From the NCBI GenBank assembly GCA_951406725.2, contig OX597819.1:70308001-70372000 (forward strand): a stretch of 64,000 nt of DNA. Reading direction: 5' to 3'. The notes below the pieces were generated by a model. That model did not search any database, was not told where the DNA came from, and saw nothing but the letters and a program-made list of their open reading frames with translations. Origin of the DNA: Octopus vulgaris. Lineage: Eukaryota. Below, one piece after another: positions 51,601 through 59,764 of the stretch (the stretch's first letter is position 1; every line of letters starts with the position of its first letter). Position numbers and translations under genes: made by a program.

Positions 51601-53907
51601 CTAGGCATAAAATGGTTTACAATTAGCATTTTACTAATTTAGTACGTCATTCTTCTCTCGTTTCTTAGTTCATCTCCAGCAAAGACACCTAAAAAGAGCT
51701 CTGCTCGAAAATCCGACGCCAATGTTAGTCGAGCTACCGGCGACTATAAGAGCAAAGAGTTCATCTCCAGCTCTGAATCCAGTTCAAACGAGGACAAACC
51801 AAAGAAAAAGAAAATGAAGAAAGAGACGCCTGAAAAGACAACAAAGGCCAAGAAAGCTGACAAGAAAGAAGAGAAGGCGGAGAAAGATGATGATGATGAC
51901 GAGGAAGTGGGCGAGGTAAATAATGCTTCAGTTTTGTGTGTGTGTCTTTGACATTCACTGACATGTTTTATGTCAACTGGTTTACAGTTTTTCAATGATT
52001 ATATAGGTATAGGCATGGCTGTGTGGAAAGAGGTTTGCATCCCAACCACATAGTTTTGGGTTCAATCCGACAGCATGGCACCTTGGGCAAGTGTCTTCTA
52101 CTATATCCTCGGGCCAACCAAAGGCTTGTGAGTGAATTTAGTAGGTGGAAACCGGAAGAAACCTGTTGTATATTTATGTGTGTTTGTCTGGTTTTTTGGG
52201 GTCAGTTCATTCAACTAAATTTCCTCAAGGTGTTGCCCCAGCATGGCCACACAGTCTGATGACTTCAAAAAAAAAAAAAAAAGCGATATGTTATTGAAAT
52301 CTCAAAGTTACAAGATAAAGAGCGCAGGTGTGTTCTTATGTGGGGCCAGCACCTGCAGGATCAGGTGCTGTAAAATTTATTAAAGTAACTTTATCATTGA
52401 GCAGGTGTTTTGAACTTAAACTAACATGAAATTTCAATGGAAGGTTTTAGCTTAAATCACTTTTAGGATCTTCACCTTTTGACCGACAGATTTAAAAAAT
52501 AATTTTTTGTAACTAAACACTTTCAAACTTCGGACACTGGTAGAATGTGTCATATAAAACATCTTTTACTCCTAGCGTTTTTGAGAAAAGTTTATATTTA
52601 GGAAGTTATTTCACGTTAAAGTTCTTGTATTTTGGTAATTTCAACCAATCAATGACGTGTATTCAGCTGATTAAAATTACTGCCATTGTTTGTCAACAAC
52701 AACTATCAGCGGTGTATTTTTCGTTTGTCACTGTTATTTATGACAACCCTAAACCTAAAACCTTAAAGCTAAAACCAGTACAAATACACGAACGATGTCA
52801 TAAATAACAGTGACAAACGAAAAATACACCGCTTATAGTTCTTGTTGACAAACAACGGCAGTAATTTTATTCAGCTGAATACACGTCATTGATTGATTGA
52901 TATTACTGAAATACGAGAACTTTAAGATGAAATAACCTCCTAAATATAAGCTTTTCTCAAAAACGCTAAGAGTAAATGATGTTTTATATGACACATTCTA
53001 CCAGTGTCTGAAGTTTGAAAGTGTTTAGTTACAAAAAATTATTTTTTAAATCTGTTGATCAAAAGGTGAAGATCCCACTTTTAAGCATAAACTTTGTATC
53101 ATAGAACTAAAGGTGACCTCGGGAAGGTTTGTATCAAAAGGGATAAACTAGCCACCGAAGAGATATTTCTCTTAACAACCCTTTCTAATTGTAAATCTAT
53201 TGAAATACAGTCTTTGCTTCAATTAAACTTTAAAAATAATGAAAAATTTCTTAAAATCATAATCATCATCATCATCATCATATATGTTTTCCATGCTGGT
53301 ATGGGTTGGACGATATCCAAGTCAGAACTGCACCAAGCGTTTGTTGTCTGCTTTGGTGTGTTTTCTGCAGTTGGGTGCCCTTCCTAATGATAGCCATTGT
53401 ACAGAGTGTACTGGGTACTTTTATGTAGCACCAGCTTCATTGAGGTCACCATGTAACTTGCAAGACAACACCCTTTCGAGTGAGGTGGGAGAGTAGTATT
53501 AAAGGATGAAAAAGGTTGCTTTGTTTTCATTAAAATGGTGTTTGGATCATAAATTAACATGGAATTTTGGTGGAAGGTTCTTTAAAGCAAGAACTCTAAA
53601 ATATAGAGCTATGGGGTAGTCTCAAGCAGGTTAGTGTGTGGGTTCTGTGAATTCTCAAGAGATTGCTTTGGTCCTATACAAACATTATCCTGTATTCCTT
53701 TTGCATTTTTCTCACGAGTCTTTAACAACTTTCTGGCCACATTTCCACATCCTTAAATTTTTTCCATTTTTCTTTCACCTTTTCCTCTAGTTACCATCTG
53801 ATGAAGAAATCCTCAGTTCTCCGGAAGCTTCTGAGTCAGGATCTGCCGGTTCGGAAGAAGAAGAAGAAGAAGAAGAGGAGGAGGAGGAAGATGAAGAAGA
53901 GGAATAA
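24364..53907 (+). CDS. SSRP1: FACT complex subunit SSRP1, whole gene span; join(24364..24417,28951..29136,31010..31115,33219..33498,34331..34466,35829..35932,38282..38410,40245..40466,41356..41425,42740..42869,45929..45974,46881..46992,47341..47529,49680..49777,51669..51915,53791..53907), 741 aa
   Basis: Manual splice assembly gives one open frame of 2226 nt. It contains SSRP1/Pob3 hallmarks ([85 protein letters not shown]), an HMG box ([15 protein letters not shown]) and [11 protein letters not shown]. All junctions are GT-AG and the phases add up. Confidence 0.97.
26808..27270 (+). mobile_element. RTE-clade LINE 3' fragment encoding three C2H2-like fingers
   Basis: CTVC..HLRTY, CNVC..HLKIH, CNLC..HIRRH with no TGEKP linkers; degenerate RTE-like upstream frame; intronic and without fitting splice sites. 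Confidence 0.65.
27877..28130 (-). mobile_element. Mariner transposase C-terminal remnant with right TIR
   Basis: [52 protein letters not shown] pattern (frameshifted); TA|TCAGGTCATCC terminus. Confidence 0.8.
28951..29136 (+). CDS. SSRP1: SSRP1 coding exon 2 ([24 protein letters not shown]...HRYDGIRES)
   Basis: tgttgtttag acceptor, GTAAGT donor, phase 0/0, N-terminal PH-like domain. Confidence 0.95.
29208..29625 (+). mobile_element. RTE LINE 3' fragment, degenerate
   Basis: [30 protein letters not shown] motif with stops. Confidence 0.7.
29800..30000. mobile_element. MITE with 41-bp TIRs and TA flanks (Tc1/mariner-type)
   Basis: 29800-29840 is the near-perfect reverse complement of 29960-30000; TA on both sides. 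Confidence 0.8.
30144..30188 (+). ncRNA. Minimal type I hammerhead ribozyme motif in SSRP1 intron 2
   Basis: TCTGTG-CTGATGA-agagaaataaccca-GAAA-TCACG-ATA-CACAGA; perfect 6-bp stem I. Confidence 0.6.
31010..31115 (+). CDS. SSRP1: SSRP1 coding exon 3 ([13 protein letters not shown]...[13 protein letters not shown])
   Basis: tttgttcag acceptor, GTGAGT donor, GWNWG motif. Confidence 0.96.
31409..31837. mobile_element. hAT-like MITE nested in a SINE
   Basis: CAGGTGTTCCCAAA...TTTGGGAACCACTG termini; CTTTAGT duplicated on both flanks; related CAGTGGTTCTCAACC ends at 30373, 37331, 51130. Confidence 0.65.
33219..33498 (+). CDS. SSRP1: SSRP1 coding exon 4 ([21 protein letters not shown]...QVQCLTP)
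   Basis: ttttacag acceptor, GT donor at 33499; [13 protein letters not shown] motif inside ORF 33077..33574. Confidence 0.96.
33737..33868 (+). mobile_element. Short RTE LINE fragment
   Basis: [26 protein letters not shown]....RL.RQ. Confidence 0.55.
34331..34466 (+). CDS. SSRP1: SSRP1 coding exon 5 ([45 protein letters not shown])
   Basis: ctgtttccag acceptor, GTAAGT donor, near-invariant SSRP1 middle-domain sequence. Confidence 0.97.
35249..35679. mobile_element. Inverted pair of tRNA-headed, hammerhead-containing non-autonomous retroelements (Penelope-like), cores mutated
   Basis: 35249-35399 is the reverse complement of the 3' part of 35400-35679; A/B boxes at 35407-35462; same family at 58757-59095 and 59354-59805. 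Confidence 0.75.
35829..35932 (+). CDS. SSRP1: SSRP1 coding exon 6 ([34 protein letters not shown])
   Basis: tctttcag acceptor, GTAAGT donor. Confidence 0.97.
38282..38410 (+). CDS. SSRP1: SSRP1 coding exon 7 ([42 protein letters not shown])
   Basis: Long polypyrimidine tract then AAG acceptor; GTGAGT donor; phase fits exons 6 and 8. Confidence 0.94.
39203..39495 (-). mobile_element. RTE/BovB-like LINE 3' fragment
   Basis: [44 protein letters not shown] on minus strand. Confidence 0.8.
40245..40466 (+). CDS. SSRP1: SSRP1 coding exon 8 ([24 protein letters not shown]...TYTFVGIE)
   Basis: ttttacag acceptor, GTAGGT donor; Rtt106-like PH domain in ORF 40186..40470. Confidence 0.97.
41356..41425 (+). 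CDS. SSRP1: SSRP1 coding exon 9 ([23 protein letters not shown])
   Basis: tttttcacag acceptor, GTAAGA donor. Confidence 0.95.
42740..42869 (+). CDS. SSRP1: SSRP1 coding exon 10 ([43 protein letters not shown])
   Basis: tgtgcag acceptor, GTAATT donor, HDAYLERMK motif. Confidence 0.95.
44632..45591 (-). mobile_element. RTE LINE 3' end with tandem-repeat 3'UTR in SSRP1 intron 10
   Basis: [38 protein letters not shown]; three hairpin units at 44805, 44863, 44924; (TGA)n tail. Confidence 0.85.
45929..45974 (+). CDS. SSRP1: SSRP1 coding exon 11 ([16 protein letters not shown])
   Basis: tttttcag acceptor, GTGAGT donor, conserved DESFNPG..VAEE acidic segment. Confidence 0.94.
46881..46992 (+). CDS. 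SSRP1: SSRP1 coding exon 12 ([37 protein letters not shown])
   Basis: tttaacag acceptor, GTGAGT donor; acidic-to-basic linker. Confidence 0.93.
47341..47529 (+). CDS. SSRP1: SSRP1 coding exon 13, HMG box N-part ([63 protein letters not shown])
   Basis: ttcttttcag acceptor, GTTAGT donor, HMG-box signature. Confidence 0.96.
47693..48363 (-). mobile_element. R4/Dong-clade LINE 3' fragment in SSRP1 intron 13
   Basis: [42 protein letters not shown]; adjacent (TTA)n. Confidence 0.82.
49680..49777 (+). CDS. SSRP1: SSRP1 coding exon 14, HMG box helix 3 ([32 protein letters not shown])
   Basis: tgtttctag acceptor, GTGAGT donor. Confidence 0.93.
49844..50056. mobile_element. piggyBac-like MITE (second family)
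   Basis: CCTTTTAGCATT...AATGCTAAAGGG|TTAA termini; partial relatives at 43690-43778 and 21260-21432. Confidence 0.6.
50101..50530. mobile_element. Tc1-like MITE with nested RTE-tail insertion
   Basis: TA|CAGGGTGACCCAAAAGTAGGTTTAC...GTAAACCTACTTTGGGGCCACTCTG|TA. Confidence 0.75.
51669..51915 (+). CDS. SSRP1: SSRP1 coding exon 15 (SSPAKTPKK...[23 protein letters not shown]...[10 protein letters not shown])
   Basis: tttcttag acceptor, GTAAAT donor, KSKEF(I/V)SS motif. Confidence 0.92.
52466..53075. mobile_element. 610-bp palindromic (foldback) MITE with 8-bp TSD
   Basis: ~280-bp inverted arms starting GGATCTTCACC; CACTTTTA duplicated at 52458-52465 and 53076-53083. Confidence 0.9.
53791..53907 (+). 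CDS. SSRP1: SSRP1 coding exon 16, acidic tail ([25 protein letters not shown]...EE*)
   Basis: Strong polypyrimidine tract plus TAG acceptor; resembles the EEELASTPPSSEDSASGS-type C-terminus; tandem TAA TAA stops. Confidence 0.9.
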   Translation, partial: LPSDEEILSSPEASESGSAGSEEEEEEEEEEEEDEEEE

Positions 53908-54231
53908 TAAAAAATATCTCATCTCCCCCTCCCTTTTCCACACAAACACATATACATATACATACACACACATGCACTCACACACACTTCTTATTCTGAA
54001 CTATTTCACCAGCGACAGACTTATCTGATATTTACTCTGTTATTCTTATTCCTTTTTTCATCTGCCAACGTCTCATCGTTGGGGAGAAGAGAGACCATTT
54101 TATTTTTCCTTTTTGTTCTTTTTTTTTTGTTCCATGTTTTAGGTTACACATACATATACACAAAAAAACACATATATATATATATTTATATATGTATTTT
54201 TTTGTTTTTTTTTCCTTCCTAAATTCATGTC

Positions 54232-54312
54232 AAAATATAAATAACAAATTATGTTTGTTTAAAACGTGTCATGACTTTCTTTTCGCTGTATCTTTTGTTT
54301 GTTGCTTTTGAT
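54232..54312 (+). terminator. Probable SSRP1 polyadenylation region
   Basis: AATATA/TATAAA variant hexamers near 54234-54241 followed by a GT/T-rich tract; no canonical AATAAA here. Confidence 0.3.
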
Positions 54313-55589
54313 GATTTTTCTTCAAATTAACTGTGGTAATGAGTATATGCTAAAAGAAGTTGAAATCTTAGCTGGCTGATAATAATAATAATAATGATAA
54401 TAATAATAATAACAAGAGCTCTCAGAGAGCGCAAACCTCTGCCATGGCAACACCAATGTCCTCTAAAGGCTGTTATCGTCGCCAGCAGTATCGAGCACGA
54501 GTGTGTGTGCCGGTCGGTTGGCACACAAACACGATCTCTGCTCTGAGTTAGTTGTGAAGAAGACACACATTGGACGAAGCACGGGCAAATGGTGGGAATA
54601 GTCATAGTAGTTAGTAGCCAACAGTAAGTAAACTGGGAAGCAAGCAATTAGCAATGTCGTAGTTCGGAGAAAGCAAAGAGAGCTGGTTGACAGAGGTGGT
54701 TTTTTAAATGCGAATATCTGAAATAAACTCGACTGCTCTTACAAATGAGAATACTAAAAATGAACCTGACCACTCTCAAAAATTAAGTAAAAAGCCAGGA
54801 AAAATAATCCAGAATCCTTGTCCAGTACCGGGGCAATCTCAAAATCTAATCAGTTCGTGCCAGTTATGAGGTCAGACATCTCTGAAAGTTTCATTCAAAT
54901 CCATCCAGCAGTTCTTGAGATATCTTGTCCACAGACAAACAAACACAACTGAAAACAATACCTCCACCTTTGTTAAGGCAGAGGTAATAGTGATTTCAAA
55001 TTTTGCCACAAGGCCAGCAATTTCAGGAGAAGGGTAAATTCATTACATCAACTCCAGTACTCAACTGGTCTTTGTTTTATCAAGCCAAAAGGATGAAAAA
55101 CAAAATTGAATTTGGTGGAATTTGAACTCAGAATATAATGACAGACGAAATGCCACATAGCATTTTGCCTGGCATGCTAACGATTCTGCCATTTTGCTGC
55201 CTTGCCGAAAGAATACAAATTTCAGAAGATGCCAAGATCAGAGATTTTGTCTTTTCAACCTCGTTCATCTACTCCTCTATTTCTGTGCAGATCATAAACC
55301 CCTTATTAGTTCTTTCCATTATTCTATCTATTTCATTATCATGTAAACATAGTTACAATAGTTTCATCTTCCTCATTGTTTTAAGTTGATGCATATCTGT
55401 TAATTGTCATATATTTATTTATTCAAGTTTATCACATCATAACTCATCTCTCTAAATTTGTCACAGATTGGCTGACTGAAAATTCTTAGATTTTTCAATT
55501 CTATTTCACTATTATCGGCATTTGCTGTTTCATTAAATTATGTTACCCAAAATCCCAAAGAATATTTTTCTCCCTCGTGTTCTATGCCT

Positions 55590-56925
55590 GATCACCCTAA
55601 CTCTGGCTCTCTCTCTCTCTCTCTCTGCCTCACTGTCTGTCTCTCTCTCTCTCTTTCGATTTACCACTTAATTCGCCAACACTTCCCCCCCTTTTCCACC
55701 ACCACCACCCTATATAAACTAGCACATGCACTCGGATTCCCCTACTCGATTTTAATAACTCCCTCGAAGGAATACAAAGCCAGAAGATGCTCTTGTCTAA
55801 ATTTGCTAGCTCACGGTACACCCGTCCTCCCACCCCCTCCACCTGTACCAAAAGTTCCTATCCTCTTGTCATCCTTTGGTTGTCTCCCATGAACACTTCT
55901 AAAGGCTTAACGCCATCCCCACTCCTACCTAGGGTTCATTGATCATATAGTGCATAAAAATGATGGTGTAGTGTATGCAGGTTGAAGGCTATTGTTTGTT
56001 TATGGATTCTGCCAAATGTGAGCTTTCTTTCCAGGTACATGACGCTACTGTCCCCCATCCCAGGGTCTCACGGGCCCACACTCTCAGATTTGGCACACTG
56101 AAAAGTAGGTCTGCTGAGATTGTTGAGATGCTTGAATGGAGATGTGTCAATTTGTGCTGCCTCCAAGAAGTAAGGTAGAGAGGAGGTTCCGCTAGGTTCC
56201 TCACAGGCAAAGAACACTGGTACAAGATTTTCTGGGCATGGAACACTGACGGGGTCGGGGCCATGGGTATACTTCTTGTGGAGAAATGAGTTGATAAGGT
56301 AATCAAGGTAGTCCGAGTATGCAACAGAGTACTTAAGATTAGATTAGTGCATTTTATGACACCCTCTTGCAGACTACCTCGTTGACGAATGACAGGGACC
56401 TTCTCTTTGTGGCTGGTGACTTCAATGGACATGTTGGACAACATACAGGGGGCTTCCATGGTGTACATGGAGGCTACAGTTTTGGCTCCCGCAATGAAGA
56501 GGGAATCAGGCTGCTGGAGTTCTGCGATGCAAATGATCTTATGGTTTGCAATACTAATTTCAGAAAACCTGCCAGTCACCTACTGTTCTGACAGACACAC
56601 TAGCCAAATTGACTATATCCTCACCAGAAAAAGGGAAAAATAGCTGTTTATAAATGCCGGTGACACATGAAAAACAACATTCAAGCGAGGTGGCACATAA
56701 AAAACACCATTTGAGTGTGATTGTTGCCAGTACCATCTGACTGGCTCTCATGCCGGTGGCATGTAAAAGCACCCACAACACTCAGAGTGGTTGGCGTTAG
56801 GAAGGGCATCCAGCTGTAGAAACTACCAGATCAGATTGGGGCCTTGTGCAGCCATCTGGCTCACCAGTCCTCAGTCAAACTGTCCAACCCATGCCAGCAT
56901 GGAAAGCAGACGTTAAATGATGATG
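55590..56925 (+). mobile_element. Internally deleted RTE LINE (APE endonuclease remnant fused to 3'UTR)
   Basis: LCCLQEVR, VAGDFNGHVG, RNEEG.RLLEFC..NDL.V.NT.F.K, SQIDYIL motifs with stops, followed directly by hairpin units and GGAAGGGCATCC tail; 5' boundary approximate. Confidence 0.8.
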
Positions 56926-56929
56926 TTTC

Positions 56930-58007
56930 AAATTTTGACACATGAGCAGCAATGGGGGAAGGGGATGAGTCCATTACATCGACTCCAGTTTCCAACTGGT
57001 AATTATTTTTATCAACCCCAAAAGGATGAAAGCCATGACAATTTGAACTCAGAACGTAGCAATGGGTGAATTACCGCTAAGCATTTCATCCAGTGTGCTA
57101 ACGATTCTACCAGCTTGTTACCTTTAATAATAATGATAATAATAATGTTGATGATGGCTTCAGATTTTGGCACAAAGCCAGCAACTTTGGAGTAGTGTGT
57201 AAGTTGATTACATTAACCCCCAGTGCTCAACGCGTACTTATTTTATCAACCCTGAAAGGATGAAGTGTAAAGTCAACCTTGGCGGAGTTTGAACTCAGGG
57301 CATAGAGATGGACAAAATGCCACAAAGCATTTTGCCTGGCATGCTTCTGATTCTGCCAGCTCACTGCCTTAATAATAATAAACCTATCTACTAAAGGCAC
57401 AAGGCCTGGAATTTTGGGGGATAGGTAATTTGATTATGTCTACCCCAGTATTCAACTGGTACTTATTTTATTGATCCCAAAAGGATGAAAGGAAAAAGTG
57501 ACCTCGGTGGAATTTGAACTCACAACGTAAAGATGAATGACATGTCACTAAACATTTTGCCCCAGCATGTTAATGATTCTGTCAGCTTGCCACCTTTATA
57601 ATAATAATTATTATTTCTACTTTGGGCACAAGGCCTTGAAAATTTTTCGGGGAAGGGGGCTAGTTGATTACATTGACCCCAGTGTGTAGCTGGTACTTAT
57701 TTCATCAACCCCCAAAAGGATAAAAGGCAAAGCAGACCTCAGCGGAATTTGAATTCAGAATGTAGCAGCAGATGAAATACCTATTTCTTTACTACCCACA
57801 AGGGGCTAAACACAAAGAGGACACACAAAAAGAACAAGTTGATTATATCGACCCAGTGTGTAACTGGTACTTATTTAATCGACTCCGCAAGGATGAAAGG
57901 CAAAGTCGACCTCGGCAGAATTTGAACTCAGAACGTAGCGGCAGATGAAATACCGCTAAGCATTTCACCCAGCTTGCTAACAATTCTGCCTGCTCACCAC
58001 CCACTTA

Positions 58008-58042
<35 letters not shown>

Positions 58043-58690
58043 CCTTTCTACTAAAAGCACAAGGCCTGGATTTTGTGTGTGTGGAGGTGGGGACAGTCAA
58101 TCACATCAACGCCAGTAATCAACTGGTACTTAATTTATCGAACCCAAAAGGATGATTGGCGTTTAAATTTTGCCTGAAGGGCAGCCGTTTTGGGGGAGGG
58201 GATGAGTTGATTACGTTGACCCCAGTGTTCAACAGGTATGTCGAGTTCAGCAGAATTTGAACTCCGAACATAGCAGTGGGCAAAATACCATTAAGCATTT
58301 CAACTAAAGATTCTGTCAGCTTGACACCTAATAAACATCATCATCATAATGGGGCAACTCAATTACAGTGTGCGCCAGTACTTGACTGGTATTTTATTTT
58401 AATGACTGCATGGATGAAAGGCAAAGCCCACCTCGGTGACATTTGACCTCAGAATGTAACAAGTGAGAAAAAACACTGCTGAGCATTTTGTTGTCCAATG
58501 CATTAACAATTTTGCCTCCTTAATGATAACATTTTTGAAGTTTTGACCCAAGGCCAGCAATTTTAATGAAAGGGAGTTGCTTGATATGATCAGCCCCATT
58601 CCCCAACCGGTACTTTTATGTTATTGATCCTGAAAGGATAAAAAGCAAAGTCAGCCTAAGCAGGATTTGAACTCAGGACCTAAAGAGCTG
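56930..58690 (-). repeat. Head-to-tail cluster of about 8-9 diverged family D SINEs, mostly separated by (AAT)n
   Basis: Recurring GGTACTT..AAAGGATGAAAGG..ATTTGAACTCAGAA..AAGCATTT motifs about every 200 bp. Confidence 0.8.
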
Positions 58691-58756
58691 GTCTTGTGAC
58701 TAAATTAGGAAAGATTATTCTTATTACAGCCAATGGGATTGACAAAAATCTAAAGT

Positions 58757-59095
58757 GTTCTATATTTAAGAGATGAGGAATTATGTACATTATTTACATC
58801 TTGTTTGTTGTTATCACGTTTTGGCTGATATACCCTCCAACCTTCAGGTGTCTTGGGGAAATTTTGCACCTGGGTTCTCATTCCTAAGGTATTTTTGTTT
58901 TTTCGATGTTGTTATTATTATTATTCAGGTTACTGTCTGGAATTGAACTCGGAATCTTGGGGTTAGTAGCCAGCGCTCTTAACCACTACGGGCATATGGC
59001 GTAGTGGTTAAGAGCGTGGGCTTCTAACCCCAAGATTCCGAGTTTGATTCCAGACAGTAACCTGAATAATAATAATAACAACAACATCGAAAAAA
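58757..59095. mobile_element. Inverted pair of tRNA-headed hammerhead elements (right arm truncated)
   Basis: Symmetry centre near 58990 (CTTAACCACTACG|GGCATATGGCGTAGTGGTTAAG); left-arm core deleted/mutated. Confidence 0.75.
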
Positions 59096-59403
59096 CAAAA
59101 ATATATGTATGTATGTGTGTGTATAAATCGGTGCCACACCCATATCTATGTATTATATATTCTTACAAGACCTGCTGCTGCCACATAAAAAGCTTCCAGT
59201 ACACCTTGAAGTGGTTGGCATTAGGAAGGGCATCCAGCTGTGGGAACCAAAACAGACAGATGAAACCTGATGCAGCTCTCCAGCTTTGCCAGCTCCTGTC
59301 AAACTACCCGACCCATGCTAAAATGGAAAATGGACACTAAATGATGTTCATGATTTACATTATTTACATTTGATGGATATTTGTCCTCATCTTGTTTGTT
59401 GTT

Positions 59404-59449
59404 AGCACAACATTTCGGCTGATATACTCTCCAGCTTTCATCAGGTGTC
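59404..59449 (-). ncRNA. Minimal type I hammerhead ribozyme motif
   Basis: Minus strand GACAC-CTGATGA-aa-GCTG...CAGC-c-GAAA-TGTT-GTGCT. Confidence 0.6.
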
Positions 59450-59717
59450 TTGGGGAAATTTCGAACCTGGGTTGTCATTCCTAAAGTTTTTTTGGGGGGG
59501 GTTGTTGTTGTTTTTCAGGTCACTGTCTGGAATTGAACTTGGAATCTAGGGGTTAGTAGCCTGCGCTCTTAACCATAATGCTATATGCCTACGGGCATAG
59601 TGGTTAAAAGTGCGCAAGATTCTGAGTTCGATTCCAAGCAGTGACCTGGATAATAATAATAACAATAACATTAAAAAATACCTTAGGAATGAGAACCCAG
59701 GTTCGCAATTTCCCCAA

Positions 59718-59764
59718 GACACCTGATGAAGGCTTGGAGGGTATATCAGCCGAAATGTTGTGTT
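59718..59764 (+). ncRNA. Minimal type I hammerhead ribozyme motif
   Basis: GACAC-CTGATGA-a-GGCT...AGCC-GAAA-TGTT-GTGTT: stem I GACAC/GTGTT, stem II GGCT/AGCC. Confidence 0.65.

Noticed and set aside
51667-51771. 14-mer AGTTCATCTCCAGC repeated at the exon 15 acceptor and inside the exon
   Set aside because: The copies are in different frames and the second lacks a polypyrimidine tract; likely chance in Ser-rich coding sequence.
53801-54028. Lys/Arg-rich ORF
   Set aside because: Shifted frame of the SSRP1 poly-Glu exon.
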